Part shown: one piece after another, positions 1 through 13,499 of the stretch
How the letters are laid out: every line of letters starts with the position of its first letter
How positions within the stretch are numbered: position 1 is the stretch's first letter
NCBI RefSeq assembly: GCF_006345805.1
Contig: NC_042999.1
Span: 43,090,001-43,154,000, forward strand
Source: Octopus sinensis
Lineage: Eukaryota
Reading direction: 5' to 3'
Length of the DNA stretch: 64,000 bases
Notes under the pieces: generated by a model
Databases searched by the model: none
What the model was told of the DNA's origin: nothing
Seen by the model: only the letters and a program-made list of their open reading frames with translations
Program-made: the position numbers and the translations under genes

Positions 1-784
1 TGGACGTTAAACGATGATGATGATGATGATTGATACCATAAGAATTTATAAACTTTTGAGAGAACGTGAAATAATTCTTTTTCTGAACTGAATCTCAAAG
101 CATACCTAAAGCTATAAATAATAACATGTAAATATTGGGCAATGTAAATATTAGACAGGTTGTCATGATGGATATATAGGGCTTCATATATTTCTGTCCG
201 AATGTCACTTTGATGGCATGTGCCGCTCTTTCAATAATAATGATAATATTTTCTAATTTCTACGAAAGGTGCAAGGCTTGAAATTTTTGGAAAGCGAGCT
301 AGTTGCTCAACTGGTACTTATTTTATCTAACTCGAAAGGATGAAAGGCAAACTTGAACTTGGCAGAATTTGAACTCAGAATGTAATAATAATAATAATTT
401 CTTTTTATGCTATTTAATTGTCTCAGTCATTTTGACTGTGGTCATGCTGGAGCACTGCCTTTTAGCTGAAGAAATCGACTCCTGGACTTATTCTTCGTAA
501 GCCTGGTAATTATTCAATCAGTCTCTTTTTGCCAAACCACTAGGTTACAGGGACATAAACACACCAACATTGGCTATGAGGCGATGGTGGTGGTGGGCAA
601 ACAGACACAAATATATATATATATATATCATCATCATCATCATCGTTTAACGTCCGCTTTCCATGCTAGCATGGGTTGGACGGTTCAACTGGGGTCTGGC
701 AAGCCCGAAGGCTACACCAGGCCAGTCAGATCTGGCAGTGTTTCTACAGCTGGATGCCCTTCCTAACGCCAAAATATATATATA

Positions 785-1250
785 TATATATCCAGCAGTC
801 ATTGTGGCAACACGTATTTGTTTGTTCTCCATGGCCTTAAGGCACTCTTCCATAGCCAGCCCTAAACTTAACTCGCCCTGTCGAAAAGACGCTTGTCCCG
901 ACGTCCTGGTTTTGTTATTATTGCTTTTACATATTTTGTATTCTTATTCATGCTATCATTATTGTTTTTACGTATTTTTGTATTTTTATTCATGTAACAT
1001 CGTCCGTTTTCTGTCCCTGTGTTGTATACATTCGAGGCTTTCTTCCAAGGAATCTAATGCGCTTGTCTTAGATTTCCCTTGGGGACTGCCTAGATCGGAG
1101 CAATCTCAAAATTAATCAGCCGAAATTGCGAAGATGATCCGGTTCTTGACTGATGATTGAGGGCTTTGAATGTCCCGTCCGTGTTTTATGTGTCGTCTTC
1201 TAAATGTTTCACGTTCTTGTCCCAGTTTGTATATTTTTTTTTATTTTTAC
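785..1250. mobile_element. Unclassified CpG-rich insertion between (TA)n tracts
   Basis: Composition differs from the flanks, it is bounded by (TA)n, and it sits inside a split SINE. Confidence 0.45.
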
Positions 1251-1416
1251 ATATATATATATACACCAGAGTAAACACATAAATGTGAAACAAGGTGGGA
1301 AAAAGAGTACTCAAATACCAAAGGTAGAGTAATATGCTTTATTTAAAAGCAGGAAAAATTTAACAAAAGCTGTTACTCAGAGTTTCACATTCCCGTTCCA
1401 GTTTTGTAAAGAAAAA

Positions 1417-1454
1417 CTGTTTGATGAACAGAAACGTGAAACTCCGAGTAACAG
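1417..1454 (+). ncRNA. Degenerate minimal type I hammerhead ribozyme motif
   Basis: CTGT-[T]TGATGA-ACA GAAA CGT-GAAA-C T CCG A G TA|ACAG. Stem I is CTGT/ACAG and stem III is ACT/AGT, with a GUA cleavage triplet. C3 is T. Confidence 0.55.
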
Positions 1455-2814
1455 CTGTTGTTAAATTTCTGCTGCTTTTAAATAAAGTGTATATATATAT
1501 ATATATATACAACAGGCTTCTTTGAGTTTCCATCTACCAAATCCACTCACAAGGCTTTGGTCAGCCTGAGGCTATAGTAGAAGACTTGCCCAAGGTCCCA
1601 CGCAATGGGACTGAACCCAGAACCATGTGGTTGGAAAGCAAACTTCTTATCACACAGCCAATCCTTTCTATTATAGGCACAAGGCCTGAAATTTTGAGGG
1701 AGGGAATTAGTTGGTTATATGAACATCAGTGCTCAATCCTGAAAGGGCGAAAGGCACAAATCGACCCCAGTAGAATTTGAACTCTGAATGTAAAGATGGA
1801 CAAAATGCCACTAACCATTTTGTCTAGCATGCTAATGATTTGTTATGATAATAATTATAATTCTTATAATAGACAAAGGGCCTCATGCAAATTTAATACA
1901 GAGGGCAAGGGAGGACTGTCCTCAAATTAAAACCTGTCTCTCAATTTGCTAGAAATTATAGCCAAATCTCTCTTAAATTGCACCTTACTTGTCAAAAATA
2001 TGAATGATGTAGTACTTGATTCTCAACCAGGGCCCTATAACCCTTAGAAGTGGGGGAGGGGTCCCATATAAGATTTTGTTGCAAAAATTTACATGCAATT
2101 TGCAAAGCACAAAATATTTTCACAATTTTTTTTTTATAAAATCCCTAATAATATTTAATTCTAAACATATAATAGGACATTTTTTAAAAACACTGAATTA
2201 ACTATGAGGGTCCAACTGAGCAAATATAGGAATCAAAAAAGGATCCATAGGTGAAAAAAAAAAAAAAAAAAGAAAAAAAAATGGTTGAGAACTGTTGATT
2301 TAGATAGGAATGATCATAAGACCAAAGAAAAACAAACATGCCCCACCGCAACCAACACCACTACAAACAACAATATAACAGACAGCAATAGGATAATTCC
2401 AGAAAGCGGCAATAATAAAACTTGTATTTAACCAAATAATCCCATTGATTTCCTGTGTCGTCATAGCACCCAAACGTCTTTCTTTATACCTATAATGACT
2501 ACTACTACTACTAGTGCAAATCGACAAAGGAGCCTCTATGTGGCCACTCAATTTGCTCGAAATGACAGCCAAATCTGTCCCAAATCACACTGTACTGTGT
2601 TTCAAAATTTTAAAAAAAACAGAAAAAGGAAAAAGAAACAGGTCAAATATTTTCATGTAACACTGAATAAATAAGAGATATAGGATAGTCACGGCTGGAA
2701 GATTTTTTTGATCATAAGTCAGCTCAACCGCTGCTGGCCTGGGGCTAAATAGCAACATCTAAAATTCAGTCGCAGAAGAAAAACACATACACACAATCAC
2801 ACAACTCAATACAG

Positions 2815-2911
2815 CTCACACACACACACACACACCTCAATTTAGCTCACATATTCACTCTCTCTTTCTCTCTCTCTCTAACACACACATTTCAATTTAG
2901 CTCACATACTA

Positions 2912-2953
<42 letters not shown>

Positions 2954-3045
2954 TATTATCTATCACACAACACACACACACACACTATTATCTATCACAC
3001 AACACACACACACACACACTATTATCTATCACACAACACAACACT
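2815..3045. repeat. Compound tandem repeat of tattatctatcacacaa(ca)n x3 with (CA)n/(CT)n
   Basis: Read directly. Confidence 0.85.
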
Positions 3046-4606
3046 TCAACAGTGTTTGGACTTTTCTAAGCAATTTAGCTTTAGCCTGTTACCATAGAAA
3101 CAGGGCTAAATTTAGAATTGGTTTTTCACTGAGACTCCACCTCCTCCTCTCGCCCCCCCCCCTTCTCTCTCATTGGCACATTCTCGTCATCTAATTGATA
3201 GGAAGGAAATAAACCAACAGCATGGCACTGCAGCACAACATTTTTCACAATACCACCAGGCATGTGGCTAACAGACACAGACTGTACGTAGTACAATACT
3301 ACACAATTAGTTTAAATTGTTGTCAAACGATGTGCTTGTATGAGAGAGAGTTTGTGTGTGTGAGAGAGAGAGAGAAAGAGAGAGGGAAGGAGGAAGAGTG
3401 GTGGCGTATACTCTCGTAGCATATGTTTTGAGAGTGTGTATGTCTGAGAAAGGAGAGAGAGAGAGCATTTCTGAGTGAGTGAAAGTGATGGAGTGCACTC
3501 TTATAGCATGTTTTGAGTGTGTGTGTGTGTGTGTCTGAGAAAGAGACAGAGAGAAAGAAAGAGAGGGAGCATTTATGAGTGAGTGAGTGAGTGAGCGGAT
3601 GAGTGTAAGTGGTTGGGTGCACTCATTCTCTTGTGTCTGCATGCACGTGTGCAAGCGTGTGTGTGTGCATGAATTTTTAATATTACACGCATATATTTAT
3701 GCATATACTAGTACTATAAATAATAGATGCTTGATAAGCCTACAAGCTTAGATGCACAATGATACATACAACTATACATACATATTTATATATATAAACA
3801 CAGACATGCAGGCAAATATGTATATATATATATATATTTATGTATCACCATCGTTTAACGTCTGTTTTCCATGCTAGCATGGGTTGGACTGTTTGACCAG
3901 GGTCTGGGAAGCCAGGAGGCTGCACCAGGCTCCAGTCTGATCTGGCAGTGTTTCTACAGCTGGATGCCCTTCCTAACGCCAACCACTCCGTCTGTGTGTG
4001 TGTGTGGTGTGTGTGTGTGTGTGTGTGTGTATGCACACCTATAAACACATGCATGCATGCATAAGCACAACAACAAACATATATGTGCACATGCACACAC
4101 ACACACACATTATTTTGATAATATAATTATTTTAGACAAGGCCTCAATAAAATTGAATACAGAAAGGGTAAACTGTCCTAGGACCGAAAACCCAGATTGA
4201 AAGGCAACACACACCCACAGCAAATATGGGAGACAATTCTAGACATGTTGCAGTCTTATTTAGACATCATCAGTAAAGCATAGACCTCATATGCACATAT
4301 ATGCATACATACATACATATATATTTTTTTTTGTCAACAAAGCTAGGAAACAATCACTAAATAAATGTATGATATTTATAAATTGGTACAAGCGAAAACT
4401 AATTACTCAGAGACACCATACGCATAAAAAAAGACCAAAAGAAGTGATAATTAATGCAGTGATATATTACTGAGAAGGTCTAGTACTAAAACATGTTTGG
4501 ATTATCTGCCATATTTGCTGGGGTTATTTAAATAACATTAATGATGCCTTGTGAATATATTTGTTCTCATTCTGAATTCTTAATGCATAGACATACACAT
4601 ATATTT

Positions 4607-4672
<66 letters not shown>

Positions 4673-5542
4673 GGACTCTCATATCGTTAGAGGGTTCTAC
4701 ATGTTCATGCTGAACAACTACACAGAGGATTTGTTTTATAGTGACCAAATGTTTGTGTATATATAAGCTCACTCTTTTCCTCAAATCAACATAACCTGTA
4801 CAGGTACACGACACAGAGCAACATGAAATGAAGTGTTTTGCTCAAGAACACAACGCGTCATCCAGTCCAGGAATCAAAACCACAATCTTGCACATCCTAA
4901 CCACTAAACCATGTGCCTTCACACACACACACATATATATGCCTTAAACATTTAAACCAGCCATATCCGGCCCAAATAAGCTACTTGTTTTATGTTCTCG
5001 CCAGCCAGATGCAACCTATCACAGCTACCCTTCAATGTCATTCTAAAAATATACAATCATCATCATCATCAAATTTTCAAAGCTATGAGATAATGCATGA
5101 TTAATTAAATACAAGGTAAGCGAAAAAGCATTACATCATCATCATCATCATCATTTAGCATCCGCTTTCCATGCTAGCATGGGTTGGACGGTTCAGCTGG
5201 GTTCTGGGAAGCTAGAAGGATGCACCAGGCCCAGTCTGATCTGGCAGTGTTTCTACGGCTGGATGCCCTTCCTAATGCCAACCACTCCGTGAATGTAGTG
5301 GGTGCTTTTTACGTTCCACCGGCACAGGTGCCAGACGGGGCTGGCAAATGGCCACGGTCGGATGGTGCTTGTTACATGCGACCGGCACGGGGGCTAGGCG
5401 AGGCTGGCAATGGCCATGATCGGATGGTGCCTTTTACGTGCCACATTTGACAAAATAATCTGAATGCTAAATGTTTCACACAGTGGGACTGAACTCACGA
5501 CCATCTGATCAGGAAGCAAGTTACTCAAGCATACAGCTACAC

Positions 5543-5576
<34 letters not shown>

Positions 5577-6831
5577 ACAAAGGTATCTGAACAATATATG
5601 TATACAAAATCACATAAATTTGGTCAACTTGAAGCTATGACAAAAGAGATTTGTCAAAAGGTATAAAGGTACTGCTTAGTTGCCAAATGAATTTCTTAAC
5701 ACCCAGAGCCAAGCTCATGACCATTATCAAGAAAACTAGACAGATACCAAGCTGCCAAAATGAATAACATCAATTATAAGGATAATTGTTTACCGTCATC
5801 ATTAATACACTATTGATTATCAGGAATATTAAGTATTTTAGCAGTCTCCAAAATAATTAACAATCATTAATTATTAGGTCAATTGTAAATGCTAATAAAC
5901 AATAAGTAATTTTAAATAGTAGCAATTAACCCGGGTGAAACTTGAACTCTTGCACAGCACACAACAATGTCTTCATAAATGAATAGGGTGATTATTGGTA
6001 GCTGTGGCAGCATTAGTAGTGATGCTGCTGAAACAGACAAAATTGGTTCTACAAAAATTTCACTGGCATAATGCAAATTTATATGCTGTATACAGAATAT
6101 TGAAAATCTTTGCAAAATCTTGGTGACTAAATTCATCAATTGAAAAGAGATAAACCTATCTATAGAAGCTGACATCAAATGTATGTGTGTGTGTTTAACA
6201 TCAACAAGAATGGAAAACATCACATCTTTATGGGAGGATTACATCATATAAGACCAATGATCAGAGACATTACTGTGGATGTTAATTCTATTTGGATCTA
6301 TTGGTATCTGATTGCTTGATGCAGTTAACCGACTTTGCTCAACCACTGAGTGCTTACAAGATATCTGACTGAATTTATTCAGCCCTCTTCCCTGATGTTT
6401 CGCATGTGCGTGTGGGGTGTGTTTCATGTTTGCTTTCATATTATAATAAAAACAATTTTGCATTAAATTGAAGCATTACTCAATACATTTGGTAACGGTA
6501 CAAATTTATTACTTTAACAAGAATAATATTGACAGTGACTTCAAAGTGAGTGCGTGTACACAAACACATACAGGCACAGGTAAGGCTGTGCATGTAGGAA
6601 GTTTCCTTCATACTCATATGGTTTCAAGTTCAGCCCCATTGTGCAGCAACATAGGCAAATGCTTTCTAGTATAACTTTGGGTCAACCAAAGCTTTGAGAG
6701 TTTTTGGTAGGTGGAAGTTCCAACTGTGTGTGCATGTGTGTGTGAAAGTGCTTATGCCTCCTTTGACTTATATATATATATATATATATTGTATATATAT
6801 ACATATGTGTGTGTGTGTGTATATATATATG

Positions 6832-6864
<33 letters not shown>

Positions 6865-9141
6865 ATTTATATATCCACCAAACTGGCTCCTGTGCAGGTG
6901 GCACATAAAAAGCACCCACTACACTCTCGGAGTGGTTGGCATTAGGAAGGGCATCCAGCTGTAGAAACCTTGTCAGATCAGATTGGAGCCTGGTGCAGCT
7001 TCCCGGTTTGCCAGTCCTCACTCAAACTGTCCAACCCATGCCAGCATGGAAAGCGGACGTTAAACAATGATGATGATTATATATATATATAGTTCAAATT
7101 TACAGGCAGATGAGGGAACAACAAACGTATGTATTAGTTTGACAACTGGGAAGAATGGAAGTCTTAGACATTTCGAGCCCATGCTCTTCAACTGAAAGGA
7201 TTGATGGAGGGGGATATATGTGTGTGTGTGTGTATATATAGTCGTGTACATACTAAAGTTAACTTCAGCGCCAAATGACTTGGGATTCACTGCCTCATTG
7301 CAGACACACCTGGTATCTACTATAGTTGGGTAATGCCATGTAAGTGAAGTCTGGTAATGGAAGTATGTGTGTGTCGGTCTGTTCTCATCCATACTTTGTT
7401 TTCTTGACTGCATACAAGTTATAAATCAAGCACCACCATTCATAGAAGCAGTGTTGCTTGTTTACAATATGAAAGTATGTCTTGGCAATTGGCTGTTTGG
7501 TAAACTGAAGGAATTATTACCTAGCATGGAAACAGGTGAAGGTCAGCACAGAAAGAGTACCTGGCCACAGAAAATTCAACCTCAACGAAACCTCGTCTGA
7601 CCTATGCAAGCATAGAAAAGTAGAATGTTCAGAGCCAAAACGATGATAAATTTTTGCAGAACGTAGAATTAAGTGTTCTATCCAAGGAACTCAAGCATGT
7701 AAGATGTGTATTGGTATTCACAAACATGACTTGTGTGCATGGATTATAGAGTCCTGATTATGATGATGATGATGACAATGAACAACAAAGAAAAATTCTT
7801 ATGAAACCTACATTCTGAAAGAAACCGTTCCAAATCAAAAGAAATATTCTTGAATAAGAATATTAAGAACAGAAAGATTATTTATTCAACAAAATAAATA
7901 AAGTAAATAAAAAAAAATCAAATTAAATAAACAAATATTGCTGTCTGACCCTGCCCTGTCAAACTCCTGCCCTGGTTTAGCTCTTGAAGAATTAAGTTGG
8001 ATTCCAAACCGAAAGTTTTGTTTGGTTCATTAAACATTCCATAAGAAGCTTAAAAGCAATATATGTAGAAACTGTTTAAAATTCAAAGACATTCAAACTA
8101 GAAACAGCTCAAATGTCAATTCCATTGGTTCAGTTCTGCTCCAAGTTGAAGTGCATTAATTTTGTTCTCAGTGCAGACGTATGCACGTCTTCATTACTAA
8201 AATTAACAAAACAATGACCAACAAACACCAGTAGGAACTACTAAAGCACTTTAGAATCACAGAGAAAAGGAAATTGTCTTCTAATGCAGACTTTTATAGA
8301 GGGAAAATGAGAAATGGTGTTAAGTTTTATGACATTCTCAAGGGTACTTCACACCAGCTGAGCAATCTGAATTAGCTTTAAATAGATTTCAATACATAGA
8401 GCTTACCTGTTACTTAACAATGCTTATCTGTAAGCACTGTTAAGTAACAGGTGAGATCAGGTATGAAGAAATAACACTTCTTCCTCCTGACTATACCAGA
8501 CCAGACAAATTTGTAGATTTTATTAAAAAAAAAAAATTTTTTAGGAGTGAAAACCAAGCTACAACTTCATGCTGCAGTAAAATTTTTGACCCTGAATGTC
8601 TTTGTAAAACAAAATTACCAAGTATTACAATGACGAACAATAAAATCACTGTGCTGAAAGGTCATGGCTGTAAAGCTTTTTAGGCTTATCTGTTATGAAC
8701 AGGAGGTTCATAACAGATTAGTGGATATTATTTCCTCTGTATAGTGCAACAGTACTGTTGGCTGCAGGTTTTCAACAGACCAATCACAAATCTAAGAAGG
8801 AAAGAGTAACAAGAGGTTGTCTAACTCAGAGCAAAGGTTTTTTTTTTTTTCAAAGAGTAGCAGTTGTCATTAATGTTTACATACTTTAATCTTTTTGTTA
8901 ACCATATTTCTGTTGAGATGTTCTATGCTTCCTTCAATTAATTTTTAAATATAACAAAGAATTTAGTAAAACAACTTATCATTAAGCTGGTGTTAGGAAC
9001 ATAAATTGCGACTAAGGTTTGGTGGAAGATTTTAATTCAGACCTTTTGAAAACAAGACTTGTGTACTACAGAGCCAGATGCAGTTTCAGCCAGACAGGTA
9101 TCAAAAGGATTAAAGAGGGAGAGAGAGAGAGAGAGTGAGAG

Positions 9142-9181
<40 letters not shown>

Positions 9182-9549
9182 GCACGCATGCACAATGTTG
9201 AAGAAGCTAAGCTGAAATCTGAGTACCCAGACTAATATGATTGAGGTATACTAACAGCACAGATATCCTATCATTGGTAAAGGTCTGTGGTTTTTCTATG
9301 ATCTTTTGTAATTAATAACAGTATCTGTGTGGTGGAAGTCAGTTCAGGTCAGAGTACAACAGTCAGCAACTTGCAACCACAAGTTGGACATTTTATCTCA
9401 CCCAAGTGGCTTTCTTCATAAGTGTGGCCAGCTTTGAGATAGTGTTTTAAACAGTCCTCAAAACAACATTCCTTGTCACACAAATTACTTGGAAACACCC
9501 AGCTGAGGTATTATGTAGTTTTTCAACATCATGAATAACATAACTCTAC

Positions 9550-9955
9550 ACATGGCTAAGCAGTCCAGTTTTTGGAAGGCATACATAACCACAGGCCTTG
9601 CCATGTACTAACAACTCAGGCGCTTTCTCTGAGAATAGTATTACAGCCTTCCATATGTCTCACAGCTCATTTCGTATGAACGTAAGCTGTGCACTTGATC
9701 TTAAACAGTGCCATTGGCAATCAGACTTCTCTACTGGTCATTTGATGCACGACTTTTGTAGGTGTTTATGCTAATGCTGATTTTTTTTAGTGGTTTAGTC
9801 AGTCTCTTATATCACTTCCTTGGTTTGTATTGCAGATACTTTCGCTGATTCAGCTCACCACACAATATCTGTTTTGGTAATCAACTATCTTCCAGGCATG
9901 TTGTGTGAGCAAATCATCTAAGCCATTGTTTCAGTATCAGAGACTCTACACTTGA
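9550..9955 (-). mobile_element. Decayed RTE-clade LINE, ORF2 3' end
   Basis: Translation with stops gives SVESLILKQWLR*FAH..LEDS*LPKQILCGEL...KPRK*YK and a terminal GYVCLPKTGLLSH. These resemble the RTE motifs LRW.GH..RM...RLPKQ.L.GEL and GL.SH. Confidence 0.75.
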
Positions 9956-10029
9956 CACATGAGTTTCTTATATTACTTCTGTATTTCCATGTGATTCTCG
10001 TAATTAGTAATTAACATTTAATATAACAT

Positions 10030-10200
10030 AACATAATACATAATAATGAATGCAAAATTCTGTCTGTCTTTCTGTCCATCTAGAACCCTTGTATCTCAGT
10101 CTACATAGATGTATACTTTTTTGGGAATCAAAATGATCCCGGGATTGAAAATCTGCCCTCCATTTGGTTCTTGAACATCCAGCATTGGGATAAGGACTAG
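10030..10200 (+). mobile_element. Possible degraded short Helitron-like element
   Basis: Starts ataataatgaatgc..ttctgtctgtc and has a weak terminal hairpin before CTAG. Termini are imperfect. Confidence 0.3.
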
Positions 10201-10249
10201 ATGAGGTTTTGTTATATACTAACAGTTGAAAAATCAAATTTTAAAAGAA

Positions 10250-10552
10250 CTCAATTCACACACCTAAAGTTGTTACTGAACAGCACGAGGAACATTCTAG
10301 TGAAGTTGAACATCTTATCTGGCCACCACAGTCCCCAGATCTCAATATTATCAAACATTTGTGGTGCATTATAGAAAATCAAGTAAGGAGTTGGTATCCT
10401 CCACCATCATCACTACAAGAACTAGAGACTGCTTTAGCTGAAGAATGGACAAAAATTCCATTGGAAGCAATTCAAACTTTGTACGAATCCATACCTCGTA
10501 GAAATTTTTCTTTGAAATTTTAAGGTGTTTCCATTATTTTGTCCAACCCCTG
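10250..10552 (+). mobile_element. Tc1 (DD34E-type) transposon 3' remnant
   Basis: Translates to EHLIWPPQSPDLNIIKHLW...LAEEWTKIP...LYESIPRR. It ends in a right TIR (...ttttgtccaacccCTG) followed by TA. Confidence 0.88.
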
Positions 10553-10596
10553 TATATATGCCAACATTGAAGACATGTTAAATGGTGACGGTGTAT

Positions 10597-10649
<53 letters not shown>

Positions 10650-12105
10650 TACAAGTTTCAGTACAATTTCTGTCTCCCACCAAATTCCATTCACAAGACA
10701 CAAGTTAACCTGAGCTCACATGAGAGCAAGCACTTGCCCAAGGTGATGCCCAGCAATGGGACTGAGCCCAGAACCATATGTTCCAATACAAATTTCTAAA
10801 GCAATCGTCAATGCTACCCTAACCTATCTGAAAATAGTTATTACTTCCATTTTGCAACTGAATAAGAGGGATTTTTTCCTGTTAAGTTGCCACTTTTCAA
10901 TTTTCTTCAATTTTCATTCCAATTGATTTCATATTTGACATATTGGTGCAGTTTTGTAATCACTCTCATGAAATCAAAAGCAACTGACATATAGGTGCCT
11001 GTTTCCATAGTAACAAGTCAAGCTGTTACCAAGCTGCTTACCATGTGTTCTTGTTGCTTATTAAATGCTTAAAATACATTATGTATGAGGTGGTCATGAG
11101 ATATGCTAAAAATAACAGCTAAATAGGCCTTAAATCACACTCCTTTTTGGAGGTGGGGATTTTGGGGTTTTTGCATAATCATATGAATTTCCATGTGCTG
11201 AATACAAATTTGCAAAAATTTTCTGAAAATTCCAAAAAAATAAAAGAGCTATGAGGGGTTATATGGTGTGTGTAAAGCAGAATTCTCCCAATATTTCATA
11301 TTTTTACAGTTGACAACATGTGCTGTCATGCACCAAATGACAGCTTCCAAATCCTGTTTTCTGACTGGGTAAAAATCCTCAAACTTTAAACCTCAGTAAC
11401 TTTTTTTTTCTGGAAAAAGTGAATAAGCCCCAGAGAGTTAGCATGGAAAATTACATTAATACACCAAATTTTAAAATTTTCACTAAACTTTTAAAATTTC
11501 CACAGGTGCAGCCAAATAGAAAAGAACCAATAATGGAAAAACGCAGCACTATGAAAACAGTTTAAGGTACCCAAAGAAACTAATCAATAAATCAGTTTAT
11601 TACAGATAACATTCTAAAATGATTGATTATCATTAATTTTATAGTCTAACATGCTATGAAGCCAGTCCACAGAATAATAGTTTTCAATTGTTTACTAACA
11701 CCAAGTAAATTGAGAGGAGCAGAGTAGAATAATGTACTTGTCAAAAACAACTTGACATTATACCTTCACTGGATCTGGGCTCACCACCTTAAGATCAGGT
11801 AACCAAATGTTTTAGCTAATTGGTGATCTCATCTCGATTATCTATTGTCTTCAACACTTTTGTTACCATATTTCTTTTGAATTACATTGGATTTGTTTCA
11901 ATTACTTTTGAAAATAAAGAATTTGGTAAAATATCTTGGTCATTACTAAGCCGGTAATTGGAACATAAATTAACAAGGAATTTTAATGGGAAATTTTAGT
12001 TTGTATCATAGAAGTAAGGGTGGTCTTCATCGGGTTGGTATCAAAACAGGTTAGATATAATCACAGTCTCCACACAGTCTATCAATTTGCTAGCAAAATC
12101 TTTAA

Positions 12106-12331
12106 TCTCTTAGCATTTAAACTAGTCGTATCCAGCCCAAATATTCTACATTCACATATTTTACATTCAGACAAGCCAGATTCAGCCTCTCACACTTACC
12201 CTACAATGCCATTCTAAAAATAAACAACCACATCATTGAAATCTCAAAGCTACAAGATACTGCATGATTTATTTAAATCAATGTGAATAAATAAGTATTA
12301 CATTTTACAGAATAGTCTGTGTGCTAAAGAG
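12106..12331. mobile_element. piggyBac-type MITE, family P1
   Basis: TTAA-flanked ~225-bp element with TIR consensus (cc)ctttagcatt...aatgctaaag(gg). Other copies at ~4944-5475 (split by a SINE), ~13676-14230 (split by a SINE), ~14230-14457 and ~29874-30096. Confidence 0.72.
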
Positions 12332-12368
12332 TTAAGGCTGCTCATTTAAAAAAAAATATATATATATA

Positions 12369-12566
12369 CTCTTTTACTTTTTTTACTTGTTTCAGTCATT
12401 TGACTGTGGCCATGCTGGAGCATGTCTTTAGTCGAGCAAATCGAACCAGGACTTATTCTTTGTAAACCTAGTACTTATTCTATTGGTCTCTTTTGCCGAA
12501 CCACTAAGTAACAGGGACATAAACACACCACCATCGGCAGTCAAGCAATGTTGGGGGAACAAACAT

Positions 12567-12601
<35 letters not shown>

Positions 12602-12778
12602 CACACATATATACGATGGGCTTCTTTCAGTTTCTGTCTACCAAATCCACTCACAAAGCTTTGGTCCACCCGAGGCTATAGTAGGAGACACCTGCCCTAG
12701 GTGCCACGCAGTGGGAATGAACCTGGAACCATGTGCTTGGTAAGCAAGCTCCTTACCACACAGCTACCCATGCACCTA
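12369..12778 (-). mobile_element. SINE family A, full length
   Basis: Colinear with 44497-44898. Confidence 0.85.
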
Positions 12779-13280
12779 TGAAGAAATAGTTAAATTCGCT
12801 CTGTTTATATATCTACATGGGTTACACACACACACAAATATGTAAACATACACACGTACATATAAACACACACACATTGGGCTACTTTCAGTTTTTACCT
12901 ACCAGGTTTCTTCACAAAGCTATGGCTACTGCTCAGCGCTATAGCAGAGATCTGCCCATAGTACCACACAGTGAGATGAAATCCAAGACCACATGATTGG
13001 GAAGCAAGCTTCTCAACTGCAACAGCCACACCTGAGTCTTTATTTTAATTTCTGGAAGTAGTACTAGTAGGGTATGAATATTTTGTTTTTATAACAAAAC
13101 AAAAAAAAAAAATCAATCATTCTTTCTCTGAAGACACATGACTGAATAGTAACTAGGAACAAAATTATAGTTAATAAAATCTTGGGCAAATAATTTATAA
13201 TAAAAGTGTCAAAAATATATGTGTTTCTGACAAGGTGTGTGTGTTGAAGAAAAGGACCAAATAATCACAAATATCCTTAA

Positions 13281-13499
13281 CCCTTTCATTACCGACCCAG
13301 CTGAAACCGGCTCTGTCTCTGTGTACAAATGTCTTGTTTTCATAAGTTTTGAATTAAAATCTGTCACCAACCTTAGTCACAATTTACGTTCATAACACTA
13401 GCTTAATGATAACTAAGTTATTTTAGTAAATTTTTTTTTATATTTAAAGTAATTGAAAGAAACACAAAGTATCTCAAAATAAATACAGTAACAAAAGAG
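13281..13499. mobile_element. piggyBac-type MITE, family P2
   Basis: TTAA|CCCTTTCATTAC...GTAACAAAAGAG|TTAA. Related copies in the opposite orientation at ~8890-9113 and ~11845-12050. Confidence 0.75.

Noticed and set aside
880-1180. Further hammerhead-like strings (ctgtcga...; ctgatga...gaatgtc) in the 785-1250 element
   Set aside because: The GAAA core and stem I pairing could not be completed.
2300-2572. Hydrophobic 90-aa ORF suggesting a membrane protein
   Set aside because: It is the antisense of an A/C-rich tract, which gives hydrophobic codons automatically, and its start lies in a SINE remnant.
7811-7813. 3-nt microexon (ttcAG|AAT|GTAGGT) on the minus strand
   Set aside because: Such patterns are expected by chance in AT-rich DNA and cannot be supported without reads.
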